From Bacteroidia bacterium (GTDB lineage: Bacteria > Bacteroidota > Bacteroidia > 2-12-FULL-35-15), in NCBI GenBank assembly GCA_046594925.1, contig JBKJQG010000132.1:1-49930 (forward strand): a DNA stretch of 49,930 bases, given 5' to 3'. The translations under genes were made by a program, and so were the position numbers. Positions 38,726 to 47,087 of the stretch are shown piece by piece; the stretch's first letter is position 1; the number at the start of each line of letters is the position of its first letter. The notes beneath the pieces were generated by a model. It saw only the letters and a program-made list of their open reading frames with translations. It was not told where the DNA came from and did not search any database.

Positions 38726-39742
38726 TTATTGCTCAGGCTTTGCTACTTTATTTAGCAATGCTAAAAGTAACAGGGAGATGAGACCGACCGTCATAATGAG
38801 AACGAACTGAGAAGTCCAGACCGCCCATGCAAAAGCAAAGGCGACCGGCTTACCGATGAGGTAGACAGTGGTAAGGATTTGAATGACGATGAGCTGATAA
38901 GCCCCTGTTCCTCCGGGTACTGCAATCACACCCAAACTGCCGAACACCACAATCACCACAGCCACCATGATGGAAAGGTCGGCCGTTTCACTAAAGGCAA
39001 AAAAGCAGACATAAACCTGGAGAACGTACATGATCCAAATAAGAACTGTATGGACAATAAAAGCAACCGGTTGGTTCACATTCTTTACACTCAGCAAACC
39101 GTTCCATAATCCTGTGATGAACCCTTTGGCTTTTCCCGAGATGAGTGCGCGGATCCTTTTGCGGAAATAGAAAAAGGCAGCTGCCATCAGAAGAAAAACA
39201 ATTCCGGCAACCATGACAAGGGTTTGATTCTGCAAGAAAGCATTGAATTTATTTGCAACCGTGTCGAAGATCAAGTCGTTGGCAATTCCGGAGATGCGAT
39301 CGAATTCAATTCCCAACGCAGCAAAAAAGATGATGATCAAACAAAGCACATCCAGTGCCCTTTCGGTAACAACCGTTCCAAATCCTTCCGTGAAAGGAAC
39401 TTTTTCGTAGGTTGTCATCAAGCCACAACGAGTCACTTCACCCAGGCGAGGCAAAGCAAAGTTGGCAAGGTATCCCACCATCACTGAAAAAAACGTATTC
39501 GATGTTTTCGGTTTATAGCCCAATGGATCCAGAAGGATCTTCCAGCGGAGTGTCCTGAAATAGTGACTGAGACCGCTGATGACGATGGAAAGAACGATCC
39601 AGAAATAATTGGCGTTGGAGAAAGATGTTTTGATGTTCGCAAATTCTTCGTCCGTGGTCTTTCTCAATGCCAACCATATCAAAGTGGCTCCCAATCCTAA
39701 AAAGAACAGGAATTTCAATATGGAAAACAGTTGTTTTTTCAA
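38726..39742 (-). CDS. Lysylphosphatidylglycerol synthase TM-region (flippase-like) membrane protein
   Basis: RTLRWKILL, GYLANFALPRLGEVTRC, GTVVTERALD and PGGTGAYQ. Confidence 0.85.
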   Translation of the reverse strand: MKKQLFSILKFLFFLGLGATLIWLALRKTTDEEFANIKTSFSNANYFWIVLSIVISGLSHYFRTLRWKILLDPLGYKPKTSNTFFSVMVGYLANFALPRLGEVTRCGLMTTYEKVPFTEGFGTVVTERALDVLCLIIIFFAALGIEFDRISGIANDLIFDTVANKFNAFLQNQTLVMVAGIVFLLMAAAFFYFRKRIRALISGKAKGFITGLWNGLLSVKNVNQPVAFIVHTVLIWIMYVLQVYVCFFAFSETADLSIMVAVVIVVFGSLGVIAVPGGTGAYQLIVIQILTTVYLIGKPVAFAFAWAVWTSQFVLIMTVGLISLLLLALLNKVAKPEQ

Positions 39743-39746
39743 AATC

Positions 39747-40097
39747 CTATCTTAAGGTATTGGTCTTGGTATCCGGGAAAACGACGGTAGGCTTGTGTTT
39801 TTTTGCTTCTTCAAAATCCATCATGGCGTAAGAAACGATGATGATCTGATGACCGACCTCGACTTTGAGGGAAGCGGGACCGTTGAGACAGATAACGCCC
39901 GAACCGCGATCACCTTTGATCACATAAGTGGTAAACCGCTCTCCGTTGTTATAATTGAAGATGTCCACCTTTTCGTTTTCGATCAAGTTGGCAGCCTCCA
40001 TCAGATTCTCGTCGATCGTCACCGAACCAATGTAATCCAGGTCGGCTTGAGTAACGCTTACGCGGTGTATTTTTGATTTTAAAACTTCTATCTGCAT
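39747..40097 (-). CDS. panD: Aspartate 1-decarboxylase
   Basis: [14 protein letters not shown] cleavage site, NNGERFTTY and ICLNGPA. Confidence 0.96.
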   Translation of the reverse strand: MQIEVLKSKIHRVSVTQADLDYIGSVTIDENLMEAANLIENEKVDIFNYNNGERFTTYVIKGDRGSGVICLNGPASLKVEVGHQIIIVSYAMMDFEEAKKHKPTVVFPDTKTNTLR

Positions 40098-40366
40098 AAC
40101 GGGTGCAAAACTAAATAAATAAATCTGATTGTATAGCAGGTTTTTAGACGGAGGGGAAATTTATTCGCATAAACGGCATTCTCCGTTTTAACTTTAATGT
40201 ACATTAGGACTGCAAGTTGCTTTAATGTCTTTAATGTCTTTTGATTCTCCAAAAGAAAGAAACAAAGAAAAAGCGACTACGAAAACCAACCCCAAGGTAT
40301 TTCGTGGACGTCCGCCCCGTCGCTCCGTACTATAATTGTTCGAGAACAAAGGGAGTTTGGATAGGA

Positions 40367-41254
40367 TTAATACAAAAGCACATTATCGATCAAACGTACA
40401 GCGCCCAATCTCACGGCGATGCAAGCAACGGCACTTCTGGTAAGTGAGAAATTCTGAATGGGCTGCAGGGTGTCCGCATCAGCGATCTCAATGTATTCGA
40501 GGGTGATGGAAGGGACAGCGCTGATCTGTTTCATTGCAGCTGTTTTTAATTCAGGGATGGGCGCCGACCGGCAATTCGCCTCCAGGGTAAAAAGCGTCTT
40601 GGAAATGATAGCGGCTTCTTCCCGCTCGGTTTTGGTCAGCCTTTCATTCCTGGAACTCATCGCCAATCCATTGGGTTCCCGGATGATGTCGCAGGAAACG
40701 ATCTCTACGTTTATTTCCAGTTGCTTGATCATGCTCCGGATGATGGCCAATTGCTGAAAGTCCTTTTGTCCGAAATAAGCTTTGTCCGGCTGCACGATCC
40801 GGAACAATTTACTCACCACCTGAGCCACTCCGTTGAAATGTCCGGGACGCTGGGCACCTTCCATAACTGTTTCCAATGCTCCAAAATCGACTTTTTTGCC
40901 TTGCGTCCAGCTTTTATCCTCTTTCTTTTGCCTTTTCAGCTCCAATTCTCCTTCAGAATACATTTCCCTGACTTCCGGAGCAAAAACAATGTCGCAACCC
41001 GCTTCTTTAAGTAGCTGGCAATCAGACTCTAATGTTTTAGGGTAGTTCTCCAGGTCGGAAAGTTCATTGAATTGAGTGGGATTCACGAAGATGCTGCAAA
41101 CCACCACGTCGCATCCCGACTTAGCCTTATCCACAAGGGAGATGTGGCCTTTGTGGAGGGCTCCCATGGTAGGTACGAAACCGACTGTTTTTTTTCGGTT
41201 CCTCATACTATTCAGGTGGTTTTGAAGTTCTCCTATAGAATTAAAAATAATCAT
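40367..41254 (-). CDS. panC: Pantoate--beta-alanine ligase
   Basis: FVPTMGALHKGH, SIFVNPTQF, RPGHFNGV, YFGQKDFQQ, GLAMSSRN and VRLIDN. Confidence 0.96.
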   Translation of the reverse strand: MIIFNSIGELQNHLNSMRNRKKTVGFVPTMGALHKGHISLVDKAKSGCDVVVCSIFVNPTQFNELSDLENYPKTLESDCQLLKEAGCDIVFAPEVREMYSEGELELKRQKKEDKSWTQGKKVDFGALETVMEGAQRPGHFNGVAQVVSKLFRIVQPDKAYFGQKDFQQLAIIRSMIKQLEINVEIVSCDIIREPNGLAMSSRNERLTKTEREEAAIISKTLFTLEANCRSAPIPELKTAAMKQISAVPSITLEYIEIADADTLQPIQNFSLTRSAVACIAVRLGAVRLIDNVLLY

Positions 41255-41340
41255 CCGTCCCAATAATTGTTAAGAAGCACTAAAATAAGGCTGAAACGCC
41301 CTTTTTTTCCTTTAAAAGCGGTCAAATCTAATATTAATAC

Positions 41341-41372
41341 TTTGAAATTACGGAAATTTTTGCTTACTTTTG
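41341..41372 (+). promoter_or_regulatory. Bacteroidota -33/-7 promoter of the GT5-DUF4270-glmS operon
   Basis: TTTG (41341-41344)-N20-TACTTTTG (41365-41372). Confidence 0.65.
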
Positions 41373-41408
41373 TATACTTTTTTGAAAACCTAACCTTAAT
41401 TCGATCTT

Positions 41409-42245
41409 ATGAAGAAGAAAGCTAGAGTTCTTTTTGTATCCCAAGAAGTTACCCCGTATTTAGATGAATCCCCGATGAGTATGATCGGAAGAAAATTACC
41501 ACAAGGAATACAAGAACGAGGCAAAGAAATCAGATTATTCATGCCAAAATTCGGAATCATCAATGAAAGAAGGAATCAGTTACACGAAGTAATTCGTTTA
41601 TCCGGAATGAACCTCATTATTGACAACAACGATCACCCTCTCATTATTAAAGTTGCTTCCATTCAGGCGGCACGCATGCAAGTTTATTTTATTGATAATC
41701 AGGAGTATTTTGAGCGGAAGCATACCTTAACAGATAAAAAAGGCGATCATTTTGCCGACAACGACGAACGTGCCATTTTCTTTTGCCGCGGTGTTATTGA
41801 AACTGTTAAAAAATTAGGCTGGTCGCCTGACGTGGTTCACCTTCACGGGTGGATGACGAGCTTAACAGCGCTTTACCTGAAAAAATCATTCAAGGACAAT
41901 CCTTTGTTCGCGGAGACCAAGATCGTTTATTCGGTTTATGATGACGAGTTCAGCACTCCTCTTCACAAGGATTTCGCTAAGAAAGTAGTACACGAAGGAA
42001 TTGAAAAAGGAGATCTGGAACATTATAAAAATCCTACCTTTGTAAACATCAGTAAAGCAGCCATCGATTTAGCTGACGGAATCATTAAAGGAAGCGCAAA
42101 AATTAATTCGGATGTAGAGAAATACATCAAAAAATCAGGCAAACCATATTTGGATTTTGTTGCCGGTGATAACAACGAATATATTGATGCTTACTCTGAA
42201 TTTTATGATGCCGTGTTGGAAGAAGTGGCAGAAATGGTTGACTAA
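41409..42245 (+). CDS. Stand-alone starch/glycogen synthase catalytic-domain (GT5 N-half) protein
   Basis: RLFMPKFG.INERRNQLHEVIRLSGMN, VYFIDN..YF.RK, DNDERAIFF and WSPDVVHLHGW; only 278 aa. Confidence 0.85.
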   Translation: MKKKARVLFVSQEVTPYLDESPMSMIGRKLPQGIQERGKEIRLFMPKFGIINERRNQLHEVIRLSGMNLIIDNNDHPLIIKVASIQAARMQVYFIDNQEYFERKHTLTDKKGDHFADNDERAIFFCRGVIETVKKLGWSPDVVHLHGWMTSLTALYLKKSFKDNPLFAETKIVYSVYDDEFSTPLHKDFAKKVVHEGIEKGDLEHYKNPTFVNISKAAIDLADGIIKGSAKINSDVEKYIKKSGKPYLDFVAGDNNEYIDAYSEFYDAVLEEVAEMVD

Positions 42246-42254
42246 AAATTTTTT

Positions 42255-43661
42255 ATGAAAATACAGAACAGCATACCTAAAATTTTGTCACGCTCCGGCG
42301 TGACAAAATTTTTTTTTATACTCCCTCTTTCTCTGAGCTTATTAGCTTCCTGTGACGAATCTAGTGTTGTAGGACTAGATGTACAGCCGGAGAATGACCT
42401 CTTGAATGTTGGTTACCAGGATACAACCACCATTTATACCCGAACTTATCTGGGCGACTCCCTCAATACGGACGAGTCACTCATTACCACCGGGCTTGGA
42501 CTGATCGGCAAATACGTCGATCCGATCTTCGGAACAGCGACTGCTTCGATGTATACACAAGTTCGAACAACAACCGCCATTACTCCTATTACTTTCGGGA
42601 CTTCTCCTGTTTGTGATTCCGTTGTCCTTTCCTTAGTTTATGAAGGAGGCGTTTACGGAAAAAAAGAAAGAGTGAATCAGAAACTGAATGTGTATCAACT
42701 TTCGGAAAGCTTAGTGCAATCCTCCGTTTATTATTCCACTAACACGTTAAGCAACTTCGGCGCCGACCTCACCAAAGCCAACGGTTATGTTTTTAAACCG
42801 AGTCCGCTCGACAGCGTCATGCTGGTAATAGCCGATACAGTTATGTTAAAACCACAGGAACGCATCGAATTGGATGCCGCTTTCGGACAAACGATATTGA
42901 ACAATCAGTCGACCGGAAACGTTGCAACCAATGCGGCCTTCCAGAACTTTTTCAAAGGACTTTACATTACAACTGAAAACACCACAGGACTTGCTTCCAG
43001 CGAAGGAAACATCATCAATTTCAAAATGGGTGAATCGAAGATTACCATCTATTACCACAACAGCAATGTAACCAACAATGATTCTTTGGCTTATGACCTG
43101 AGCCTTGGAAGTGTCGGACGGTTCAATCATTTCACACACGATTATTCTGCAGCAGCCATTCATCCATTGCTGAATGCACAGATCAACTCAACTCCAGGCA
43201 ATACGAATGCGACTGTTTTTGTTCAGGGAATGGCCGGAGTGAAAACAAAAATAACATTTCCACATTTGATGAACTGGGCGGACAAAGGACTTATTGGAGT
43301 AAACAAAGCAGAATTAGTGATCAGTGTGGATACAAGTGACATCACCTACAACCTCGACACCTTTGCATCACCGGCTGCATTTGTATTATACGGCATAAAC
43401 GATGATGGAAGCAACTATGCTATTCCCGATGCATTTGAAGGCTCCGGATATTTTGGCGGAAGTTATAATTCCGGAACCGTACAGTACCGCTACAACATTG
43501 CCCGTTACATTCAACAAGTCTTGGATGGCGACCGAAACAACAACGGCTTGTATCTTTTAACATCCAACGGAGCCAACCTTGCCAACAGAGCTGTGGTTGC
43601 AGGAGGAAATTCAACAAGCCGTCCGATGAAATTAAACATTACTTATACAAAACTACATTAA
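42255..43661 (+). CDS. DUF4270 family lipoprotein
   Basis: Lipobox LLASC, G.YVDP.FG, DSVVLSL.Y, F...FKGLYI, VQGMAG and LNITYT; position directly before glmS. Confidence 0.8.
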   Translation: MKIQNSIPKILSRSGVTKFFFILPLSLSLLASCDESSVVGLDVQPENDLLNVGYQDTTTIYTRTYLGDSLNTDESLITTGLGLIGKYVDPIFGTATASMYTQVRTTTAITPITFGTSPVCDSVVLSLVYEGGVYGKKERVNQKLNVYQLSESLVQSSVYYSTNTLSNFGADLTKANGYVFKPSPLDSVMLVIADTVMLKPQERIELDAAFGQTILNNQSTGNVATNAAFQNFFKGLYITTENTTGLASSEGNIINFKMGESKITIYYHNSNVTNNDSLAYDLSLGSVGRFNHFTHDYSAAAIHPLLNAQINSTPGNTNATVFVQGMAGVKTKITFPHLMNWADKGLIGVNKAELVISVDTSDITYNLDTFASPAAFVLYGINDDGSNYAIPDAFEGSGYFGGSYNSGTVQYRYNIARYIQQVLDGDRNNNGLYLLTSNGANLANRAVVAGGNSTSRPMKLNITYTKLH

Positions 43662-43664
43662 CAA

Positions 43665-45506
43665 ATGTGTGGAATAGTTGCATATATTGGAGACAAACAA
43701 GCCTATCCTTTTTTGATAAAAGGATTGCAAAGACTTGAATACAGAGGGTACGACAGTGCCGGAGTGGCTATGTTGGACAACGGTGATCTGAACGTTTACA
43801 AGTGTAAAGGAAAGGTTGTTGACCTGCACAATTTCATTGGCGAAAAGAACAAAGGCGGAACCATCGGAATAGGACATACGCGCTGGGCGACACACGGTGT
43901 TCCCAATGACGTGAATGCCCACCCGCATTATTCGGCATCCAAGAACATGGTGATGATTCATAACGGCATCATTGAAAACTATGGGCCGCTAAAAGAAGAA
44001 TTAAAAAAACGAGGACACATTTTCGAAAGCGACACCGATACCGAGGTGTTGATCCACCTCATAGAAGACATTCAGCAAAAAGAGAACCTGCGTTTGGGAG
44101 AAGCGGTGCGCATAGCCTTGAATCAGGTTGTAGGAGCATACGCAATTGTCATTCTTTCAAAAAACAATCCCGACGAATTGTTTGCCGCCAAAAAAGGCAG
44201 TCCGATGGTTATAGGAATAGGAGAAAATGAATTTTACATTGCTTCCGATGCAACACCGATTGTGGAGTACACAAAAAATGTGGTTTATCTGGAAGACGAA
44301 GAAATTGCTTTCATTGAAAGAGGAAAAGAGTTAAAGATCAAAACCATCAAGAACAGAGAGAAGACGCCTTATGTTCAGGAATTGGAACTGAAACTCGAAG
44401 CGCTTGAAAAAGGCGGCTACGACCATTTCATGTTAAAAGAAATCTATGAGCAACCGCGTTCCATCAAGGACAGTATGCGCGGGCGTTTGAGCTCCTCCGA
44501 AGGAGTGGTGAATCTGGGTGGGATCACAGAATACGAACAAAAATTCATCAATGCAAAACGCATCCTCATCATTGCCTGCGGAACATCCTGGCATGCCGGA
44601 CTGGTTGCTGAATATTTATTTGAAGACCTTGCACGCATTCCCGTGGAGGTGGAATACGCGTCCGAATTCCGTTACCGGAATCCGATCGTGTATGAGGACG
44701 ATGTAGTGATCGCCATTTCACAATCCGGAGAAACCGCAGATACTTTAGCTGCGATTGAGTTGGCAAAATCAAAAGGAGCAACCATCATCGGAGTATGTAA
44801 TGTGGTAGGTTCGAGTATTGCCAGAGCAACTCATGCAGGTTCATATACCCACGCCGGGCCGGAAATTGGTGTGGCTTCCACAAAAGCATTCACCGCTCAA
44901 GTAACCGTCCTCACTTTGATGGCTTTGAGAATTGCATTCAGAAAAGGAACCATTTCTTCTTCCCGCTTCCATACTTTATTAAGTGAGCTGGAAGCAATTC
45001 CTGCGAAAATAGAACGCGTGTTGCAAACCAACGACAAAATAAAATACATTGCTGATATTTACAAAAATGTGAACAACGCCTTGTACTTGGGCCGCGGATA
45101 CAGCTTTCCTGTTGCTTTGGAAGGGGCCTTGAAATTAAAAGAGATCTCCTACATCCACGCGGAAGGTTATCCTGCCGCTGAAATGAAACACGGTCCTATT
45201 GCTTTGATCGATGAAGAGATGCCTGTTTTTGTAATTGCTACAAAAGGAACTTCTTACGAAAAGGTTGTTAGCAACATCCAGGAAGTAAAAGCCCGTAAAG
45301 GAAAAATCATTGCCATCGTTACCGAAGGAGATACACAAGTAAAAGAAATGGCGGATTATACCATTGAAATTCCTGAGACCGATGAGATCCTCGTTCCATT
45401 GGTTTCTGTTGTTCCCTTGCAATTACTTTCTTACCACATTGCGGTAATGAGAGGCTGTAATGTGGATCAGCCTAGAAATTTGGCTAAGAGTGTTACTGTG
45501 GAGTAA
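43665..45506 (+). CDS. glmS: Glutamine--fructose-6-phosphate aminotransferase
   Basis: MCGIV, LEYRGYDSAG, GHTRWATHG, ACGTSWHA, SQSGETADT, VASTKAF, EMKHGP and PRNLAKSVTVE. Confidence 0.99.
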   Translation: MCGIVAYIGDKQAYPFLIKGLQRLEYRGYDSAGVAMLDNGDLNVYKCKGKVVDLHNFIGEKNKGGTIGIGHTRWATHGVPNDVNAHPHYSASKNMVMIHNGIIENYGPLKEELKKRGHIFESDTDTEVLIHLIEDIQQKENLRLGEAVRIALNQVVGAYAIVILSKNNPDELFAAKKGSPMVIGIGENEFYIASDATPIVEYTKNVVYLEDEEIAFIERGKELKIKTIKNREKTPYVQELELKLEALEKGGYDHFMLKEIYEQPRSIKDSMRGRLSSSEGVVNLGGITEYEQKFINAKRILIIACGTSWHAGLVAEYLFEDLARIPVEVEYASEFRYRNPIVYEDDVVIAISQSGETADTLAAIELAKSKGATIIGVCNVVGSSIARATHAGSYTHAGPEIGVASTKAFTAQVTVLTLMALRIAFRKGTISSSRFHTLLSELEAIPAKIERVLQTNDKIKYIADIYKNVNNALYLGRGYSFPVALEGALKLKEISYIHAEGYPAAEMKHGPIALIDEEMPVFVIATKGTSYEKVVSNIQEVKARKGKIIAIVTEGDTQVKEMADYTIEIPETDEILVPLVSVVPLQLLSYHIAVMRGCNVDQPRNLAKSVTVE

Positions 45507-45527
45507 GTATTACGAGCCATTCATATT

Positions 45528-45555
45528 AAAAGTCCCGGGATTCCGGGACTTTTTT
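45528..45555 (+). terminator. Rho-independent terminator after glmS
   Basis: AAAAGTCCCGG-GATT-CCGGGACTTTTTT. Confidence 0.9.
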
Positions 45556-45628
45556 GTTTTAACCTGAGCAAGTTTAACGCTCAAATTCCCTTCAGAGACT
45601 GCATAGGATCATTTTGAGAGGAATTGGC

Positions 45629-45719
45629 TATATTTGAATATGCGAACCAAATTTCCCCAATCCATACCAAGATGGGTGTATAGGTGAACAAAAGGTTCGG
45701 GTATAAACAAGTTAGGTGC
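45629..45719 (+). promoter_or_regulatory. Putative cassette-array promoter (TATATTTG) and attI-like head ending in core GTTAGGT
   Basis: -7 box at 45629-45636. GTTAGGTGC (45711-45719) is the exact reverse complement of GCACCTAAC (46138-46146). Confidence 0.5.
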
Positions 45720-45743
45720 AAGTTTCCTATACCGTGCGACATT

Positions 45744-46145
45744 ATGATACATTCGACATTTATACTTGACATTTTCGACCTCTTATTTGACGGAGATGAA
45801 ATCGGTGTGAATCTAAGAAAACAAGTAAACTTCTTGACCGAGGCTGAATATGAATATACAAGTGTTGGTGTTTTTGTTAATTTCACTTACAGTATCGGTA
45901 TAGACAAATATAGAATTCTCTCGACAGCGTTAAACCACGGTGACGTGCTCAATGGTGTAACAATTCATAGCGACAAAAATAATGTTGAAGCAGACGCACA
46001 AGTTTTTTTAAAAGATGGACTTATCTGCTATCTGGAGATTTGGAATAAAATTGGCGACTATCCTTCCAAAGATCTAGACGATTATGTAATGACGCAAGAT
46101 TGGAAAGACGCTCCCGGACGACAAAGAGTTAAAACCAGCACCTAA
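45744..46145 (+). CDS. Hypothetical protein (cassette 1)
   Basis: ATG 45744 lies just after the core site; the stop TAA falls inside the inverse core ACCTAAC. Confidence 0.7.
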   Translation: MIHSTFILDIFDLLFDGDEIGVNLRKQVNFLTEAEYEYTSVGVFVNFTYSIGIDKYRILSTALNHGDVLNGVTIHSDKNNVEADAQVFLKDGLICYLEIWNKIGDYPSKDLDDYVMTQDWKDAPGRQRVKTST

Positions 46146-46270
46146 CAGCCGTCTGGCGCCATTTGGGCATCTCGCTTCGCGAAACAAATTATAATTAACA
46201 TTGAAAATTAAACTTCGCCATAAAAAATAGTAAGAAACCCAAACGAGCGCCAAGCCGAAAACCGTTATCG
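46140..46270 (+). other. attC-like recombination site A
   Basis: ACCTAAC...GTTATCG with imperfect arms CCGTCTGGCGCCATTTGGG / CCCAAACGAGCGCCAAGCCG. Confidence 0.65.
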
Positions 46271-46320
46271 ATGACGGGTGGCACGACAAAAAAAGAAATA
46301 TTTTATACCTTTAGATAATT

Positions 46321-46764
46321 ATGAAATACGAAAAATATCAGCTTGAATCGGACAGAAAACTATTACTCTTTGAATTTGTTAGCGTTGGACCGAAGGGTAG
46401 AATAAAAAAGATCGTTCAATACACCGAAACCAATTTGAAGGACTATTATAATTTAGGATTCGGAGACAAAGATGAAAAAACCGGAGAGATTAACGACCTT
46501 GTAATAACCAATAATGGTGACAGTCAGCAAGTTTTGGCAACCGTTGCTTCAACCGTCTATGCCTTTACAGACAAACATCCGGACGCTTGGATATACGCCA
46601 GAGGAAGCAATAACGCTCGGACTAGGCTTTACCGGATCGGAATAACTAATAATTTGTTAGAAATCAAGAAAGACTTTGAAGTATTTGGCTTAAAAGACGA
46701 TCAGTGGCACACATTCCGGAGAGACATCGACTATAAAGCATTTTTAATTAAGAGAAAAAAGTAG
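46321..46764 (+). CDS. DUF6934-like protein (cassette 2)
   Basis: FEFVSVGPKG.IKKIVQY, YNLGFGD, TNNGD..QVLATVA and GS..ARTRLY; family recognised from memory, not by search. Confidence 0.75.
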   Translation: MKYEKYQLESDRKLLLFEFVSVGPKGRIKKIVQYTETNLKDYYNLGFGDKDEKTGEINDLVITNNGDSQQVLATVASTVYAFTDKHPDAWIYARGSNNARTRLYRIGITNNLLEIKKDFEVFGLKDDQWHTFRRDIDYKAFLIKRKK

Positions 46765-46779
46765 TAAATTTGTACTATC

Positions 46780-46944
46780 ATGACAGTTAAAGAATTAAAT
46801 AAATCCAAAACGCCAATCGTCAAAATTAACAAGACGCTTGACAAACTCGCTACGAAAGTACTTTTCCCGGACAAGTTGGAGGAAGCTAATCGTATTCTCA
46901 AGACGGTTGGTTTACCGAAAACAAAAACACCCCACCACCGCTAA
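46780..46944 (+). CDS. Small basic protein, 54 aa (not in the ORF track); putative partner of the DUF6934-like protein
   Basis: MTVKELNKSKTPIVKINKTLDKLATKVLFPDKLEEANRILKTVGLPKTKTPHHR*. TAAATTTG box at 46765-46772; stop falls inside inverse core CGCTAAC. Confidence 0.7.
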   Translation: MTVKELNKSKTPIVKINKTLDKLATKVLFPDKLEEANRILKTVGLPKTKTPHHR

Positions 46945-47069
46945 CACAGGGCAATCGCAAAAATTGATTTTCGCTCCGTAAAACAATTTTTTTGTATGTT
47001 TATAATTCCAGCTTCGCAGAAAAACTTCATTTATAATCGCCTTCTGCGCCAGGCCTGAGAATGTTGGGT
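46939..47069 (+). other. attC-like recombination site B
   Basis: CGCTAAC...GTTGGGT; same length as site A and aligns to it without gaps; arms more degenerate. Confidence 0.6.
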
Positions 47070-47087
47070 ACCGCAGAAATTTATACA

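Larger units (their letters stand above)
45711..47069 (+). mobile_element. Integron-like gene cassette array without integrase (two cassettes)
   Basis: Core/inverse-core pairs GTTAGGT/ACCTAAC and GTTATCG/CGCTAAC bracket the ORFs; two homologous 131-bp attC-like sites. Confidence 0.65.

Noticed and set aside
43600-43664. glmS ribozyme
   Set aside because: glmS starts 3 nt after the DUF4270 stop, leaving no leader.
45507-45710. Integron integrase or integrase remnant upstream of the cassette array
   Set aside because: Only about 200 nt separate glmS from the first core site, and I see no tyrosine-recombinase motifs. The 45581-45886 minus-strand ORF is a shadow of cassette 1.
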